37,005 nucleotides of DNA from Coriobacteriia bacterium (lineage in GTDB: Bacteria > Actinomycetota > Coriobacteriia > WRKU01): assembly GCA_009784095.1 (NCBI GenBank), contig WRDL01000002.1:1-37005 (forward strand), in the 5' to 3' direction. The position numbers and the translations under genes were made by a program. Below, in pieces: positions 8,050 to 16,945 of this stretch; the first letter of the stretch is position 1, and every line of letters starts with the position of its first letter. Below the pieces are notes generated by a model that saw nothing but the letters and a program-made list of their open reading frames with translations, was not told where the DNA came from and did not search any database.

Positions 8050-8075
8050 ACGTATGGGACCGACCCTACGGACAC
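8050..8075. repeat. Degenerate single arm of the GTAGGGTCGG repeat family, overlapping the lysA stop codon
   Basis: The minus strand reads TGTCCGTAGGGTCGGTCCCATACG. The TAG at 8066-8068 is the lysA stop. It matches CCGTAGGGTCGGT(T)CC of element 2886-2913 with one deleted T. Confidence 0.5.
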
Positions 8076-9442
8076 ACACCTTCGACCGCGTCGGTTCGCA
8101 TGAGATCCTCATACGTCTCACGGTAGACGACCCAACGCCACGTACCATCCTTGACCCAGATGATCCCGGGACGGACCTGTTTGTTGTAATTGTTCGAGAG
8201 GCTCTGGGCATATGCACCGGTCGCGCAGACGCAGAGGATATCACCGCGCTCCACCTCTTGGAGCGGGCCGTCCGATACCACGATATCCCCGCTCTCGCAG
8301 TGCTTACCCGCCACTGTCGCGGTTATCGTACGCGGTTGATCCGCCTTGTTGGCGATCAGCGCCTCGTAGTGCGCATCATAGAGGGAGGTGCGGATGTTGT
8401 CGCTCATCCCGCCATCGACGCTCACATAGGTGCGGATATCGGGGATCACTTTGATGACTCCAACGGTATAGAGCGTGATGCCGGAGTTTGCCACGATCGA
8501 ACGACCCGGCTCGACCGCCATACGCGGCACTGTCAGATCGTGCTTCTCGCACTCCTCCTTGATATCATCGATGACCACTTTGCCGTACTCCTTGATGGTT
8601 GCCGGCTCATCGGGCACACCGTAGGCAACACCGAGCCCGCCACCGGTGTCGAGCAGACGCGTCTCGATACCGAGCTCGTCTCTGATCTTGGCAATGAATG
8701 CGACGATGACCTCGATCGCAGCGCTAAAACTCTGCAACGCATAGATCTGGGATCCGATATGGATGTGCAGACCCTCGAAATCGATGCCGGGAAGCTCCGC
8801 AGCGCGCTTGACCGCGCGAAACGCATTACCGGAATTGAGGCCGAAACCGAATTTAGAATCCTCAGCCCCGGTCTTGATGTAATCGTGCGTATCCGCCTCG
8901 ATACCGGGCGTCACACGAATGAGTATCGATTGCTCGATACCCCGCTCGCTCGCCATGGTCGAGAGTTGTTCGAGTTCTTCGAAACTGTCGACGACGATGC
9001 GCCCGACACCTGCATCGAGACACTCGTTCAACTCTTCATCGGTCTTGTTGTTGCCATGCACGTAGATACGCGCAGGATCGAAGCCGGCCGAGAGCGCGAG
9101 CGCGAGCTCCCCTCCGCTGCTCACATCCAGACAGCATCCCTCTGCGTCGACAAGCTGGACCATCGCACGCGAAAGGAACGCCTTGCCCGCATAGACTACA
9201 TCGACCTCTTTCCAGTGATAGCGCGTCCATTTGATGTAGTCGCTGAGCTGCGTGGCGATCGTCTCCTCGTCCATCACATAGAGTGCGGTCCCTGCCTCAC
9301 GAGCAAGGGTGACCATATCGACACCGCCCACGTACAGATGCCCATTCTTGACCTCGGCGGTCATGGGCAGCACGTTGAGCAGATCGGTGGCCGTTTTGAA
9401 GTCTGCGACCGCGCGCGGTTTCGTTGAAACGGGTTTTGCCAT
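8066..9442 (-). CDS. lysA: Diaminopimelate decarboxylase
   Basis: Start trimmed to ATG 9442 (MAKPVSTKP...), 2 nt after the argS stop. Orn/DAP/Arg decarboxylase motifs YAGKAF, HIHIGSQ, DTGGGLGV and GKHCESGD. Confidence 0.92.
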   Translation of the reverse strand: MAKPVSTKPRAVADFKTATDLLNVLPMTAEVKNGHLYVGGVDMVTLAREAGTALYVMDEETIATQLSDYIKWTRYHWKEVDVVYAGKAFLSRAMVQLVDAEGCCLDVSSGGELALALSAGFDPARIYVHGNNKTDEELNECLDAGVGRIVVDSFEELEQLSTMASERGIEQSILIRVTPGIEADTHDYIKTGAEDSKFGFGLNSGNAFRAVKRAAELPGIDFEGLHIHIGSQIYALQSFSAAIEVIVAFIAKIRDELGIETRLLDTGGGLGVAYGVPDEPATIKEYGKVVIDDIKEECEKHDLTVPRMAVEPGRSIVANSGITLYTVGVIKVIPDIRTYVSVDGGMSDNIRTSLYDAHYEALIANKADQPRTITATVAGKHCESGDIVVSDGPLQEVERGDILCVCATGAYAQSLSNNYNKQVRPGIIWVKDGTWRWVVYRETYEDLMRTDAVEGVCP

Positions 9443-9446
9443 CGGG

Positions 9447-11144
9447 CTACATCCTTTCCGGAGCCGCAATGCCGAGCAGGTCGAACGCGACCCGCAGGGT
9501 GCGGCGCGTCGCATCGACGAGCGCCAAGCGCGCTTCGTTGATGGTCCCGTCATCGGCGATCACACGACATTGCGCATAGAACTGATGGAACACCGCAGCA
9601 AGTTCCTCCGCGTAGTAGGTCAGTTTGAAGGGCGCCAGATCGCGCGCGGCAAGCTCGACGACCTCGGGAAACTCGGCGATCTTTCGCACAAGCGCCAATT
9701 CACTGGGATCGGTCAGACCGGAAAGATCGATATCGAGGGGCAACCTCTCCGCCAACTCATCGGCCGTCCCTTCGCCGAACGCCTTGCGCAAGATACTGCA
9801 TATCCGCGCATAGGCATATTGGACGTAGTAGATAGGGTTGGCGGCACTCTGCTCGACCGCAACGTCGATGTCGAAATCAACCTGCTGATCGGTGTCACGA
9901 CGCAAGAACCAGTAGCGCGTTGCGTCCGCTCCGACCTCGTCAACGAGCTCCTCGAATGTGATCATCTCTCCGGTACGCTTGCTCATGCGGACCGGTTTAC
10001 CGTCACGGAAGATATTGACGAGCTGTCCTATGACGACATCGAGCGCCCCGGGGTGTCCGAGCGAAGCGACTGCCGCTTTCATGCGTGTGACGTAACCGTG
10101 GTGGTCGGCTCCCCAGATATCGATCACGCGATCGAAGCCGCGATCGAACTTATCCTTGTGATAGGCGATATCAGGCGCGAAGTAGGTATAGGTGCCATCC
10201 GCCTTGACCAGCACACGATCCTTGTCATCACCGAAATCAGATGAGCGGAACCACAACGCGTCGTCTTTCTCGTAGAGGCGGCCGTCGGAGCGCAATACCT
10301 CGAGCGCGCGGTCGACTTCGTTGGGATCGCCCTCGTAGAGGGCTCGCTCGGAGAACCAGACATCGAAATCGACTCCGGTCGCCGCGAGGAACTCGCGCAT
10401 ATGTGTCATGACCTTTTGATATCCACGCTCACGGAGAAAGACTTCACGTTCGAGCGGATCGGAGTCGACCCACGCATCGCCGACTTCATCAGCGATCTCA
10501 CGAGCGATATCGGTCACATAGGCGCCTTGATAGGCAGCCTCAGGCATTTTTGCTTCAATATCATGCAGCTGCAGATAGCGTACCGCCAGACTCTTGCCGA
10601 AATTCTCCATCTGTACTCCGGCGTCGTTGATGTAGAACTCGCGCTGCACGTCGTGTCCGGAGTGGGATAGGATACGCGCCATCGAATCGCCCAACGCTGC
10701 CCACCGTCCGTGCCCGATGTGCATCGGACCGACCGGGTTGGCGCTCACGAACTCGATCTGCACACGCGTTCCTGCGCCATCATTGCTCGACCCGAACGAG
10801 CGGTCGAGTTCACGCACTTCGCGTACCACACGCGTTAATGCGGGTTGCGACAGACGCATGTTGATGAATCCGGGTCCGGCGATCTCCACCGATTCGATGT
10901 CGGACGATCCAGCGATGTGTGAAGCGATGATCTGAGCGATAGCACGCGGATTCATGCCAGCGGTCTTTGCCAGACGCAGCGCGACCGAACTTGCCCAATC
11001 CCCATGCGACGGATCGCGGGGATGCTCGATGCCCAGCTCCGATATCTCGATGCCATCAAGCGTCAGCTCACCGGCATCGACCGCTGATCTCACCGCGTCA
11101 CGCACTAGTTGTTCGATCGTCTCTCTCACGCGCTCCTCATTCAT
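9447..11144 (-). CDS. argS: Arginine--tRNA ligase
   Basis: 565 aa. Class I motifs PMHIGHGR (HIGH) and RMSKRTG (KMSKS-like), plus an anticodon-binding C-terminus ending ...APERM. Confidence 0.95.
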   Translation of the reverse strand: MNEERVRETIEQLVRDAVRSAVDAGELTLDGIEISELGIEHPRDPSHGDWASSVALRLAKTAGMNPRAIAQIIASHIAGSSDIESVEIAGPGFINMRLSQPALTRVVREVRELDRSFGSSNDGAGTRVQIEFVSANPVGPMHIGHGRWAALGDSMARILSHSGHDVQREFYINDAGVQMENFGKSLAVRYLQLHDIEAKMPEAAYQGAYVTDIAREIADEVGDAWVDSDPLEREVFLRERGYQKVMTHMREFLAATGVDFDVWFSERALYEGDPNEVDRALEVLRSDGRLYEKDDALWFRSSDFGDDKDRVLVKADGTYTYFAPDIAYHKDKFDRGFDRVIDIWGADHHGYVTRMKAAVASLGHPGALDVVIGQLVNIFRDGKPVRMSKRTGEMITFEELVDEVGADATRYWFLRRDTDQQVDFDIDVAVEQSAANPIYYVQYAYARICSILRKAFGEGTADELAERLPLDIDLSGLTDPSELALVRKIAEFPEVVELAARDLAPFKLTYYAEELAAVFHQFYAQCRVIADDGTINEARLALVDATRRTLRVAFDLLGIAAPERM

Positions 11145-11231
11145 TTATATGCAATACTTCAGTATAAAAGAACGAGCCCCCCGTGGGGAGAACTAGCGTA
11201 ATTACTTATCGTGAATAAAGGTCAGGTCGCT

Positions 11232-12587
11232 CTAGCCGACGAGTTCTTCGAGGAACGCATCGAGCGCGTCCGGCAGCCTCTGATACAGACGAGCCGGATT
11301 CATCATCTGGCGCGCGACCAGTTTGGTCGCATATGGTTTTGCCGCTACGGTGACATCGATATCGGGATAGACCATCTGCGCACAGCCCTCGACGGTCACG
11401 AGTGCTTTGATCAACAGCCCGAATCCACGCGGTACGCTCACCCGCTCGTCATTCATGATTCCGAGAAATCCGATCGCGAATCCGCGTATATCACGCGGGG
11501 TGGCGCCAAGGGTGCGCGACATCAGCTCGGCGACCTTCTGCTCAACGATCGGTTGGCGCTCAGGCGTGATGACCAATCCCAGTGGCGCAGAGTACTTGAT
11601 CGCGCGCTTCGCGTCCCCATAGACGGTCGCGACCAGGACCTGCGTGATAGCTTCGCGGTGTTCGGCGGCAACGTTGCCCAAGATACCGAAGTCTATGTAG
11701 CATATGCGTGAGTCTGGAGTCAGGATCATATTCGATTGGTGCAGGTCGGCGTGGAAATATCCCAGTTCAAGCACTTGTCGCATGAATACCTCGGCACCAT
11801 GCAACGCCAAGTAGCGCGCATCGACCCCCGCCGCCTCAGCTTGCTCCGCCTCGGTCAAGTGATAGCCTTCTACAAATCCCATCGTCAGAACGTTCGGTGA
11901 GATGTAGGGCCAGATCATCGGCGCGGTGGTCACGCGCGGCCAGGCGCGATACTCGAATGCGAACTCATCGGAGATGCGTGCCTCGTTGCGCAGGTCGCAC
12001 TCTCGCTGCAGTGACTCGGAGAGTTCTTCGACGATCAGACCGACGTTGAAACGTCTGAGCGAGTCGAACCAATTCAAGCGGTCGACCCAGCGTGCCGCGA
12101 TCTCGAGGTCGGCTTCGATCGTCTCTTTAGTGTGCGGCCGCACGACTTTGATCGCAAGGGGGGTACCTGCATCGAGCTCCTCACCGAAGATCGTGGTATA
12201 CGGTTCATGGAGTTTCGCGCGATGTACCTGCGCGATCGATGCCGAGCCGATCGGCTCCCGCTCGAAATCGACGAAGAGCTCGTCGGGGCTTTTGCCAAAA
12301 TCCTTTTCAATCACTTCGGCTATAGCCTTATAAGGGAGTGCCGGTACCGCGTCGCGCAACGATTCCATCTCGAAGACGTATTCGGCGGGGAACATGTCGG
12401 GGCGCAGTGAGATCAGTTGTCCGAGTTTGATGAACGCCGGACCCAGTTCCTCGAACGCAAGGCGTAGTTCTTCTGCACGGATCACGCGCTTTTGTGCCGC
12501 GTCCATGAGCCCAAAGCGCGTACGGGTAAGCGCGTTGAGCAAGTGCTTCGTAAAGACGAATGATATCTTTCGTGAACGAGCGCTCAT
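11232..12587 (-). CDS. ABC1/UbiB (AarF) atypical protein-kinase-family protein
   Basis: 451 aa. Motifs PIGSASIAQVHRA, LAIKVVRP, FHADLHQSNM and YIDFG are characteristic of the ABC1/ADCK/UbiB family. Confidence 0.85.
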   Translation of the reverse strand: MSARSRKISFVFTKHLLNALTRTRFGLMDAAQKRVIRAEELRLAFEELGPAFIKLGQLISLRPDMFPAEYVFEMESLRDAVPALPYKAIAEVIEKDFGKSPDELFVDFEREPIGSASIAQVHRAKLHEPYTTIFGEELDAGTPLAIKVVRPHTKETIEADLEIAARWVDRLNWFDSLRRFNVGLIVEELSESLQRECDLRNEARISDEFAFEYRAWPRVTTAPMIWPYISPNVLTMGFVEGYHLTEAEQAEAAGVDARYLALHGAEVFMRQVLELGYFHADLHQSNMILTPDSRICYIDFGILGNVAAEHREAITQVLVATVYGDAKRAIKYSAPLGLVITPERQPIVEQKVAELMSRTLGATPRDIRGFAIGFLGIMNDERVSVPRGFGLLIKALVTVEGCAQMVYPDIDVTVAAKPYATKLVARQMMNPARLYQRLPDALDAFLEELVG

Positions 12588-12603
12588 GAGCGTTCAGTCA
12601 TCA

Positions 12604-12948
12604 CTACAGCGTTCTCGCGGCAAGTGCATCAAGCGTCGCGTTCATAGACTCGAGTTGTCCGCGCAGCGCTCCCACCTCGAAACTGAGTCTCTCGACTCGC
12701 TCGGTAAGGTCCTGATCAGCTTCTTCAGGTGTTACTTCAGGATTGGAAAGCTCATCTTTGAGCTCCTCTTTGAGCACTTCGACCTGGGCGGCGAGCCCAT
12801 CGACGAACGCACCCGGTCCCATGCTCATCTCACCGGTGCTCTGCTCCTCCCCGCGTGCAATCGCGGCTTTGAGCCCCTCGTCAGCGGTCTCATGAACGAG
12901 CTGCCATGCCGCCAGAAATTTCATGAAATCATCGTTGGTCAGAGCCAT
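12604..12948 (-). CDS. Hypothetical acidic coiled-coil protein
   Basis: 114 aa. Strong RBS AAAGGAGG before ATG 12948. It starts 19 nt after map and ends 16 nt before the ABC1 kinase, so it is probably co-transcribed. No family recognised. Confidence 0.7.
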   Translation of the reverse strand: MALTNDDFMKFLAAWQLVHETADEGLKAAIARGEEQSTGEMSMGPGAFVDGLAAQVEVLKEELKDELSNPEVTPEEADQDLTERVERLSFEVGALRGQLESMNATLDALAARTL

Positions 12949-12967
12949 CGTGCCTCCTTTGTCGATG

Positions 12968-13717
12968 CTACGGTATCGTCAGTATCTGCGGTCCCTCTCC
13001 GGTGATCGCCACGGTATGCTCGATATGGCCGCATCTGCCACCGTCGCGAGATGCCACGGTCCATCCGTCTCCGAGTTTCTCGACCCGACCGTTGCCCAGC
13101 GTGAACATCGGCTCGATCGCGAATACCATACCATTCTTAAGGCGAACACCGCGTCCCTTCGGACCCCAATTGGGGATCGAGGGATCCTCATGCATCCGCG
13201 TTCCGATGCCATGACCGGTATATTCACGCACGATGCCGAGCTTCTCGCGTTCGGCGATCGCGCCGATCGCCGCCGACACATCTCCGAGGCGTTTGCCCGC
13301 GACGCATTGCTCGATTCCGGCGTAAAGCCCCTCGCGTGTCGTATCGATCAGGCGTTGAGATTGCGGGTCGATCGTACCGACCGCGAACGTATCGGCAGTA
13401 TCACCGACATAGCCTTCGTGGATGGCGCCCACATCGATCGAGATGATATCTCCTTCTTGGAGAAGGCGATCCTCGCTGGGAAGACCGTGCACCAATTCAT
13501 CGTTGATGCTGGCGCAGATCGTTGCCGGAAATCCCTGATAGCCCAAGAACGCCGGAGTGGCACCCGCTTGACGGATGACCTCCTCGGCGACCGCGTTGAG
13601 CTTGGCGGTGGAGACGCCGGGTGCGACCGCGCGCCCTACTTCTGTCAGTGCCTGTGCGCTGATCCGACCGGCTTCGCGCATCAACTCCAATTCATGTCGA
13701 GATTTCCGGATTATCAC
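12968..13717 (-). CDS. map: Type I methionine aminopeptidase
   Basis: 249 aa. Metal-ligand context DVGAIHEGYVGD, TGHGIG, FAIEPM and HIEHT. Confidence 0.95.
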   Translation of the reverse strand: MIIRKSRHELELMREAGRISAQALTEVGRAVAPGVSTAKLNAVAEEVIRQAGATPAFLGYQGFPATICASINDELVHGLPSEDRLLQEGDIISIDVGAIHEGYVGDTADTFAVGTIDPQSQRLIDTTREGLYAGIEQCVAGKRLGDVSAAIGAIAEREKLGIVREYTGHGIGTRMHEDPSIPNWGPKGRGVRLKNGMVFAIEPMFTLGNGRVEKLGDGWTVASRDGGRCGHIEHTVAITGEGPQILTIP

Positions 13718-13723
13718 GAAGAT

Positions 13724-14356
13724 CTATAGATTCTTGAGAAGATCGAGGACATCTTGCCAGACCGCGATGATGTCACGATCGCCGTTGACCCGGTGCAGAA
13801 TTCCCGCGTCCTCGTAATAATCGATCAAGGGAGCGGTCTGTGCATCATAGACGTTGAGACGATTGCGGACCGTCGCTTCGTTATCGTCATCGCGTTGATA
13901 GAGTTCCCCTCCGCAGACGGAGCAGACCTCGCCCTCGCTGATATTGGAGATACGTCCGCAATCGCGACAGGTCCGTCGCGCGGTCAGACGATCGATAATG
14001 ACCTGCGGGTCGACATCGACCGAAAGCGCACTGTCGATCTTCTTACCCATCTCGGCAAGTGCCGCGTCAAGCTCCTCTGCCTGCACAATCGTTCGGGGAA
14101 ATCCATCGAGTATGAAGCCACCTTCGGTATCCCCGGCGCCCAGTCGATCCTTGACCAGACCGATCACGACCTCATCAGGTACCAGATCGCCGGCGTCCAT
14201 GTACTTTTTCGCTTCGAGTCCCAGCGGGGTGCCTCGAGACACCGCACAGCGCAAGATGTCGCCGGTCGAGATCTGTGGGATCCCGAATTCTTCGACGATG
14301 TGTTTCGCCTGCGTGCCTTTACCCGCTCCCGGCGCTCCCAACAACACAAGATTCAT
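13724..14356 (-). CDS. adk: Adenylate kinase (zinc-lid type)
   Basis: 210 aa. P-loop [10 protein letters not shown], and a lid with CRDC...CSVC. RBS GAGGAGG before ATG 14356. Confidence 0.95.
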   Translation of the reverse strand: MNLVLLGAPGAGKGTQAKHIVEEFGIPQISTGDILRCAVSRGTPLGLEAKKYMDAGDLVPDEVVIGLVKDRLGAGDTEGGFILDGFPRTIVQAEELDAALAEMGKKIDSALSVDVDPQVIIDRLTARRTCRDCGRISNISEGEVCSVCGGELYQRDDDNEATVRNRLNVYDAQTAPLIDYYEDAGILHRVNGDRDIIAVWQDVLDLLKNL

Positions 14357-14378
14357 AGTTGCCTCCTCATGCCCGTGG

Positions 14379-14447
14379 CAATACGGTCGATTCCTTTCGT
14401 CTCACGATCCAAAGCTTACTCTCACTCGGCGCCGAAAGAATCCGACC
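14379..14447. repeat. Repeat-family arm (14379-14405) with a degenerate inverted partner (14433-14447)
   Basis: CAATACGGTCGATTCCTTTCGTCTCAC matches 21408-21434 (CAGTAGGGTCGGTTCCTTTCGTCTCAC) at 24 of 27 positions in the same orientation. The partner CGAAAGAATCCGACC is an imperfect reverse complement of GGTCGATTCCTTTCG. Confidence 0.75.
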
Positions 14448-14503
14448 TCATTGGCCCGCTCTTTCCATTACCTGTTTCTATGGTACTACGAAGAGATGAA
14501 AAT

Positions 14504-14629
14504 GGGACGGGAGGAACCGTCCCTGATGTCACTGGTGTCACGAACGGGACGGGAGGAACCGTCCCTGATGTCTCTGATGCCACGAACGGGACAGGAGGGT
14601 CGGACCCTGGTATCCCGAACGAAAGAAGT
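14504..14629. repeat. 42-bp tandem repeat: two good copies plus one degenerate copy, each with a GC-rich hairpin
   Basis: Units start at 14504, 14546 and 14588. Units 1 and 2 differ at 3 of 42 positions. Each contains GGGACGG-GAGGAA-CCGTCCC (7-bp stem). Unit 3 diverges and contains the palindrome AGGGTC-G-GACCCT. Confidence 0.85.
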
Positions 14630-14644
14630 TGCCCCTACTGTCCC
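14616..14644. repeat. Repeat-family arm overlapping the stop codon of the acyl-CoA synthetase gene
   Basis: ACGAAAGAAGTTGCCCCTACTGTCCC parallels ACGAAAGGAACCGCCCCTACTGTCTC at 21503-21528. The CTA at 14635-14637 is the TAG stop of 14635-16311. Confidence 0.7.
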
Positions 14645-16311
14645 AAAGCGTCCTCAGCGCGGATCTCTTTGCGCTTGATCTTACCGGACAGCGTCTTGGG
14701 AAGCTCATCGACGAACTCCACGATACGCGGATACTTATAGGGTGCAGTGGTCTTCTTCACATGCGTCTGCAGATCCTTGACGAGCACATCGGACGGATCC
14801 CAGCCTTTCGCAAGTACGATGGTTGCTTTGACGACCAGACCGCGCAACTCATCGGGCGCTCCGGTGATCGCGCATTCGACGACCGCGGGATGCTCGATCA
14901 ACGCGCTCTCGACCTCGAACGGACCGATACGGTACCCACTGCATTTGATGACGTCATCGTTGCGTCCGACGAACGTGAAGTAGCCGTCGCTGTCACGCCA
15001 GGCGACATCCCCCAGATTGTAACGATCGTTGGCGAACACCTCGGCGGTGCGCTCGGGATCATTGTAGTAGCCCACGAACAGTCCGACCGGGATCTGACGC
15101 CCCAGACCGGTGACGACGATCTCGCCTTCCTCGCCGTCAGGTACATAGCGACCATCCTCGCCGAGCAGGCGGATGTTATAGAGCGCCGCAGGTTTGCCCA
15201 TCGACCCGGCACGCGGTTCGATCCATGGCCACGTCGCGATGAGCACCACACTCTCGCTCTGTCCGAATCCCTCACGGATCTTGAGTCCCGTATGCTTTTC
15301 CCACTGCCGGGTAACCTCGGGATTGAGCGGCTCTCCGGCGGTCGCAAAATTCTGAACGCTGGATAAATCGTAGCTGCCCACATCTTCTTGGAGCATGAAG
15401 CGATACATCGTCGGCGGAGCACAGAACGTCGTCAGTTCATAGTCTTGGATCTTTTGAAGCAGATTGGCGGGGATGAACTTATCCATATCGTAGGCGAACA
15501 CGGTGGCACCACAGATCCACTGACCGTAGATCTTTCCCCAACCGAACTTTGCCCAACCGCTGTCACTCACACTCAGGTGCAGCGTGTTCTCTTTGACCTG
15601 TTGCCAGAAATGAGCGGTGATGATATGTCCGAGCGGATGCAGATGGTTGTGGCGTACCATCTTGGCAAGCCCGGTCGTCCCACTCGTGAAATAGATCATC
15701 AGTGTGTCGTCGTTCTTCGTCGCATCTTCACCGATGGGACGCACCCAATCCTCGGATCCCGCCTCCAGCAACTCCTCGAACGAGAGCCATCCTTCGCGTT
15801 GAGCGCCGTTGACCACCAAGGTATTCTTGACCGTGGGACACTGGTCGCGTGACTGCTCGACCTGATCGATCACATAGTCGTTGTCCGCGCAGATGATCAT
15901 ATCGATCCCTGCAGCATTAGCTCGATAGACCAGATCCTTCTTAGTGAGCTGGACGGTCCCCGGGATCAAGATCGCACCGATCTTGAAAAGCGCGGTCGCG
16001 ATGACCCAGTACTCCCAGCGACGACCCAAAATCAGCAACACGATGCTGCCCTTCTTGATGCCCAGCTCGCTCAGCGCGTTGGCGCATTTGTCGCTCAGAT
16101 GAGAGATCTCGCTGAATGTGAATGTCCGCTCGTCACCGGCGTCGTTGCACCACACGAGCGCGTTCTTCTCAGGCTCGACTCGTGCCCACTCGTCAACGAC
16201 ATCGTAGGCGAAGTTGAAATTGTCCGGGACCAGGATATCGAAGTTATCGACGAAGTCCTCGTATGTCTCGAACGTATGGTGCGGGCAGAATTTATCGAGT
16301 AAATAGCTCAC
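14635..16311 (-). CDS. AMP-forming acyl-CoA synthetase, short/medium-chain (ACSM/MacS-like) type, copy 2
   Basis: 558 aa. Motifs YFTSGTTGLAKM, GYFTFVGRNDDVIKCSGYRIGPFEVES and PKTLSGKIKR. GTG start at 16311 is preceded by AAGGAG at 7 nt. Paralog of 476-2236. Confidence 0.85.
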   Translation of the reverse strand: MSYLLDKFCPHHTFETYEDFVDNFDILVPDNFNFAYDVVDEWARVEPEKNALVWCNDAGDERTFTFSEISHLSDKCANALSELGIKKGSIVLLILGRRWEYWVIATALFKIGAILIPGTVQLTKKDLVYRANAAGIDMIICADNDYVIDQVEQSRDQCPTVKNTLVVNGAQREGWLSFEELLEAGSEDWVRPIGEDATKNDDTLMIYFTSGTTGLAKMVRHNHLHPLGHIITAHFWQQVKENTLHLSVSDSGWAKFGWGKIYGQWICGATVFAYDMDKFIPANLLQKIQDYELTTFCAPPTMYRFMLQEDVGSYDLSSVQNFATAGEPLNPEVTRQWEKHTGLKIREGFGQSESVVLIATWPWIEPRAGSMGKPAALYNIRLLGEDGRYVPDGEEGEIVVTGLGRQIPVGLFVGYYNDPERTAEVFANDRYNLGDVAWRDSDGYFTFVGRNDDVIKCSGYRIGPFEVESALIEHPAVVECAITGAPDELRGLVVKATIVLAKGWDPSDVLVKDLQTHVKKTTAPYKYPRIVEFVDELPKTLSGKIKRKEIRAEDALGQ

Positions 16312-16372
16312 CTGGTAACTCCTTATTAGGACGGGCGAAACAGTGCGCCATGAGGGAGGGGCCTTCCATTCC

Positions 16373-16927
16373 CTATTCGGCGATAACGGTCACGAATCTG
16401 GTGCGTTCTCTCGACGCACACGACTGTCCATGCGCAAGCATCGAGTTGAAGTAAATGCAGTCACCCTCGCCAAGGATGATGCTTTGATCGGCGAGCCTGA
16501 ACTCCATCGTGCCCTCGAGCACCATGTTGAACTCTTGTCCGCTGTGCGTCACCAGACTGGTCTCGGCCCCATCAGGATCGAGTGTGACGAGAAGCGGCTG
16601 CATGACTTTGTTGGAGTACAGCCACGCCAGGTCCTCGAACGCGTAACCGGGCAGCCGATCGACCTCGCGACCTTCACCGCGGCGCACGACCTGATATGTG
16701 TCGAGTTTGGCACGCACACCGGTCAGGATCTCGGTCATATCGATCCCGAATTTTTGCGACATATGGAATATCACGCTGATCGGCACATCAGCGCCGGTCT
16801 CCTCATAGATGCGATACTGGTCGACCGTGATCCCGAGATCCTCGGCCATCTCATGACACGTGACATCACACGCCTCGCGCAGTCCTTTGATCCGTTGACC
16901 GAGCTCGGCAAAATCAATCTGGGTCAT
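16373..16927 (-). CDS. XRE-family HTH transcriptional regulator with C-terminal cupin domain, copy 2
   Basis: 184 aa. HTH N-terminus and cupin segment HSGQEFNMVLEGTMEF...GDCIYFNS..AHG. RBS AGGAGGA. It starts 19 nt after the oxidoreductase gamma subunit. Confidence 0.8.
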   Translation of the reverse strand: MTQIDFAELGQRIKGLREACDVTCHEMAEDLGITVDQYRIYEETGADVPISVIFHMSQKFGIDMTEILTGVRAKLDTYQVVRRGEGREVDRLPGYAFEDLAWLYSNKVMQPLLVTLDPDGAETSLVTHSGQEFNMVLEGTMEFRLADQSIILGEGDCIYFNSMLAHGQSCASRERTRFVTVIAE

Positions 16928-16945
16928 CTGCGTCCTCCTGAATGC

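Noticed and set aside
8054-9427. Long plus-strand ORFs antisense to well-supported minus-strand genes. Examples: 8054-9427, 6878-8020, 33391-34491, 9309-10244, 1445-2179, 16343-17323, 13754-14740, 26181-27098, 29445-30227, 32530-33297.
   Set aside because: They fully overlap genes with unmistakable conserved products (lysA, hom, fusA, argS and others). Their translations are Arg/Asp/His/Gly-rich low-information sequences with no RBS. They are typical shadow ORFs of GC-rich DNA.
14504-14629. The 42-bp repeats as a CRISPR array.
   Set aside because: The units are directly abutting with no unique spacers between them. There are only 2-3 copies, and no cas genes are in the window.
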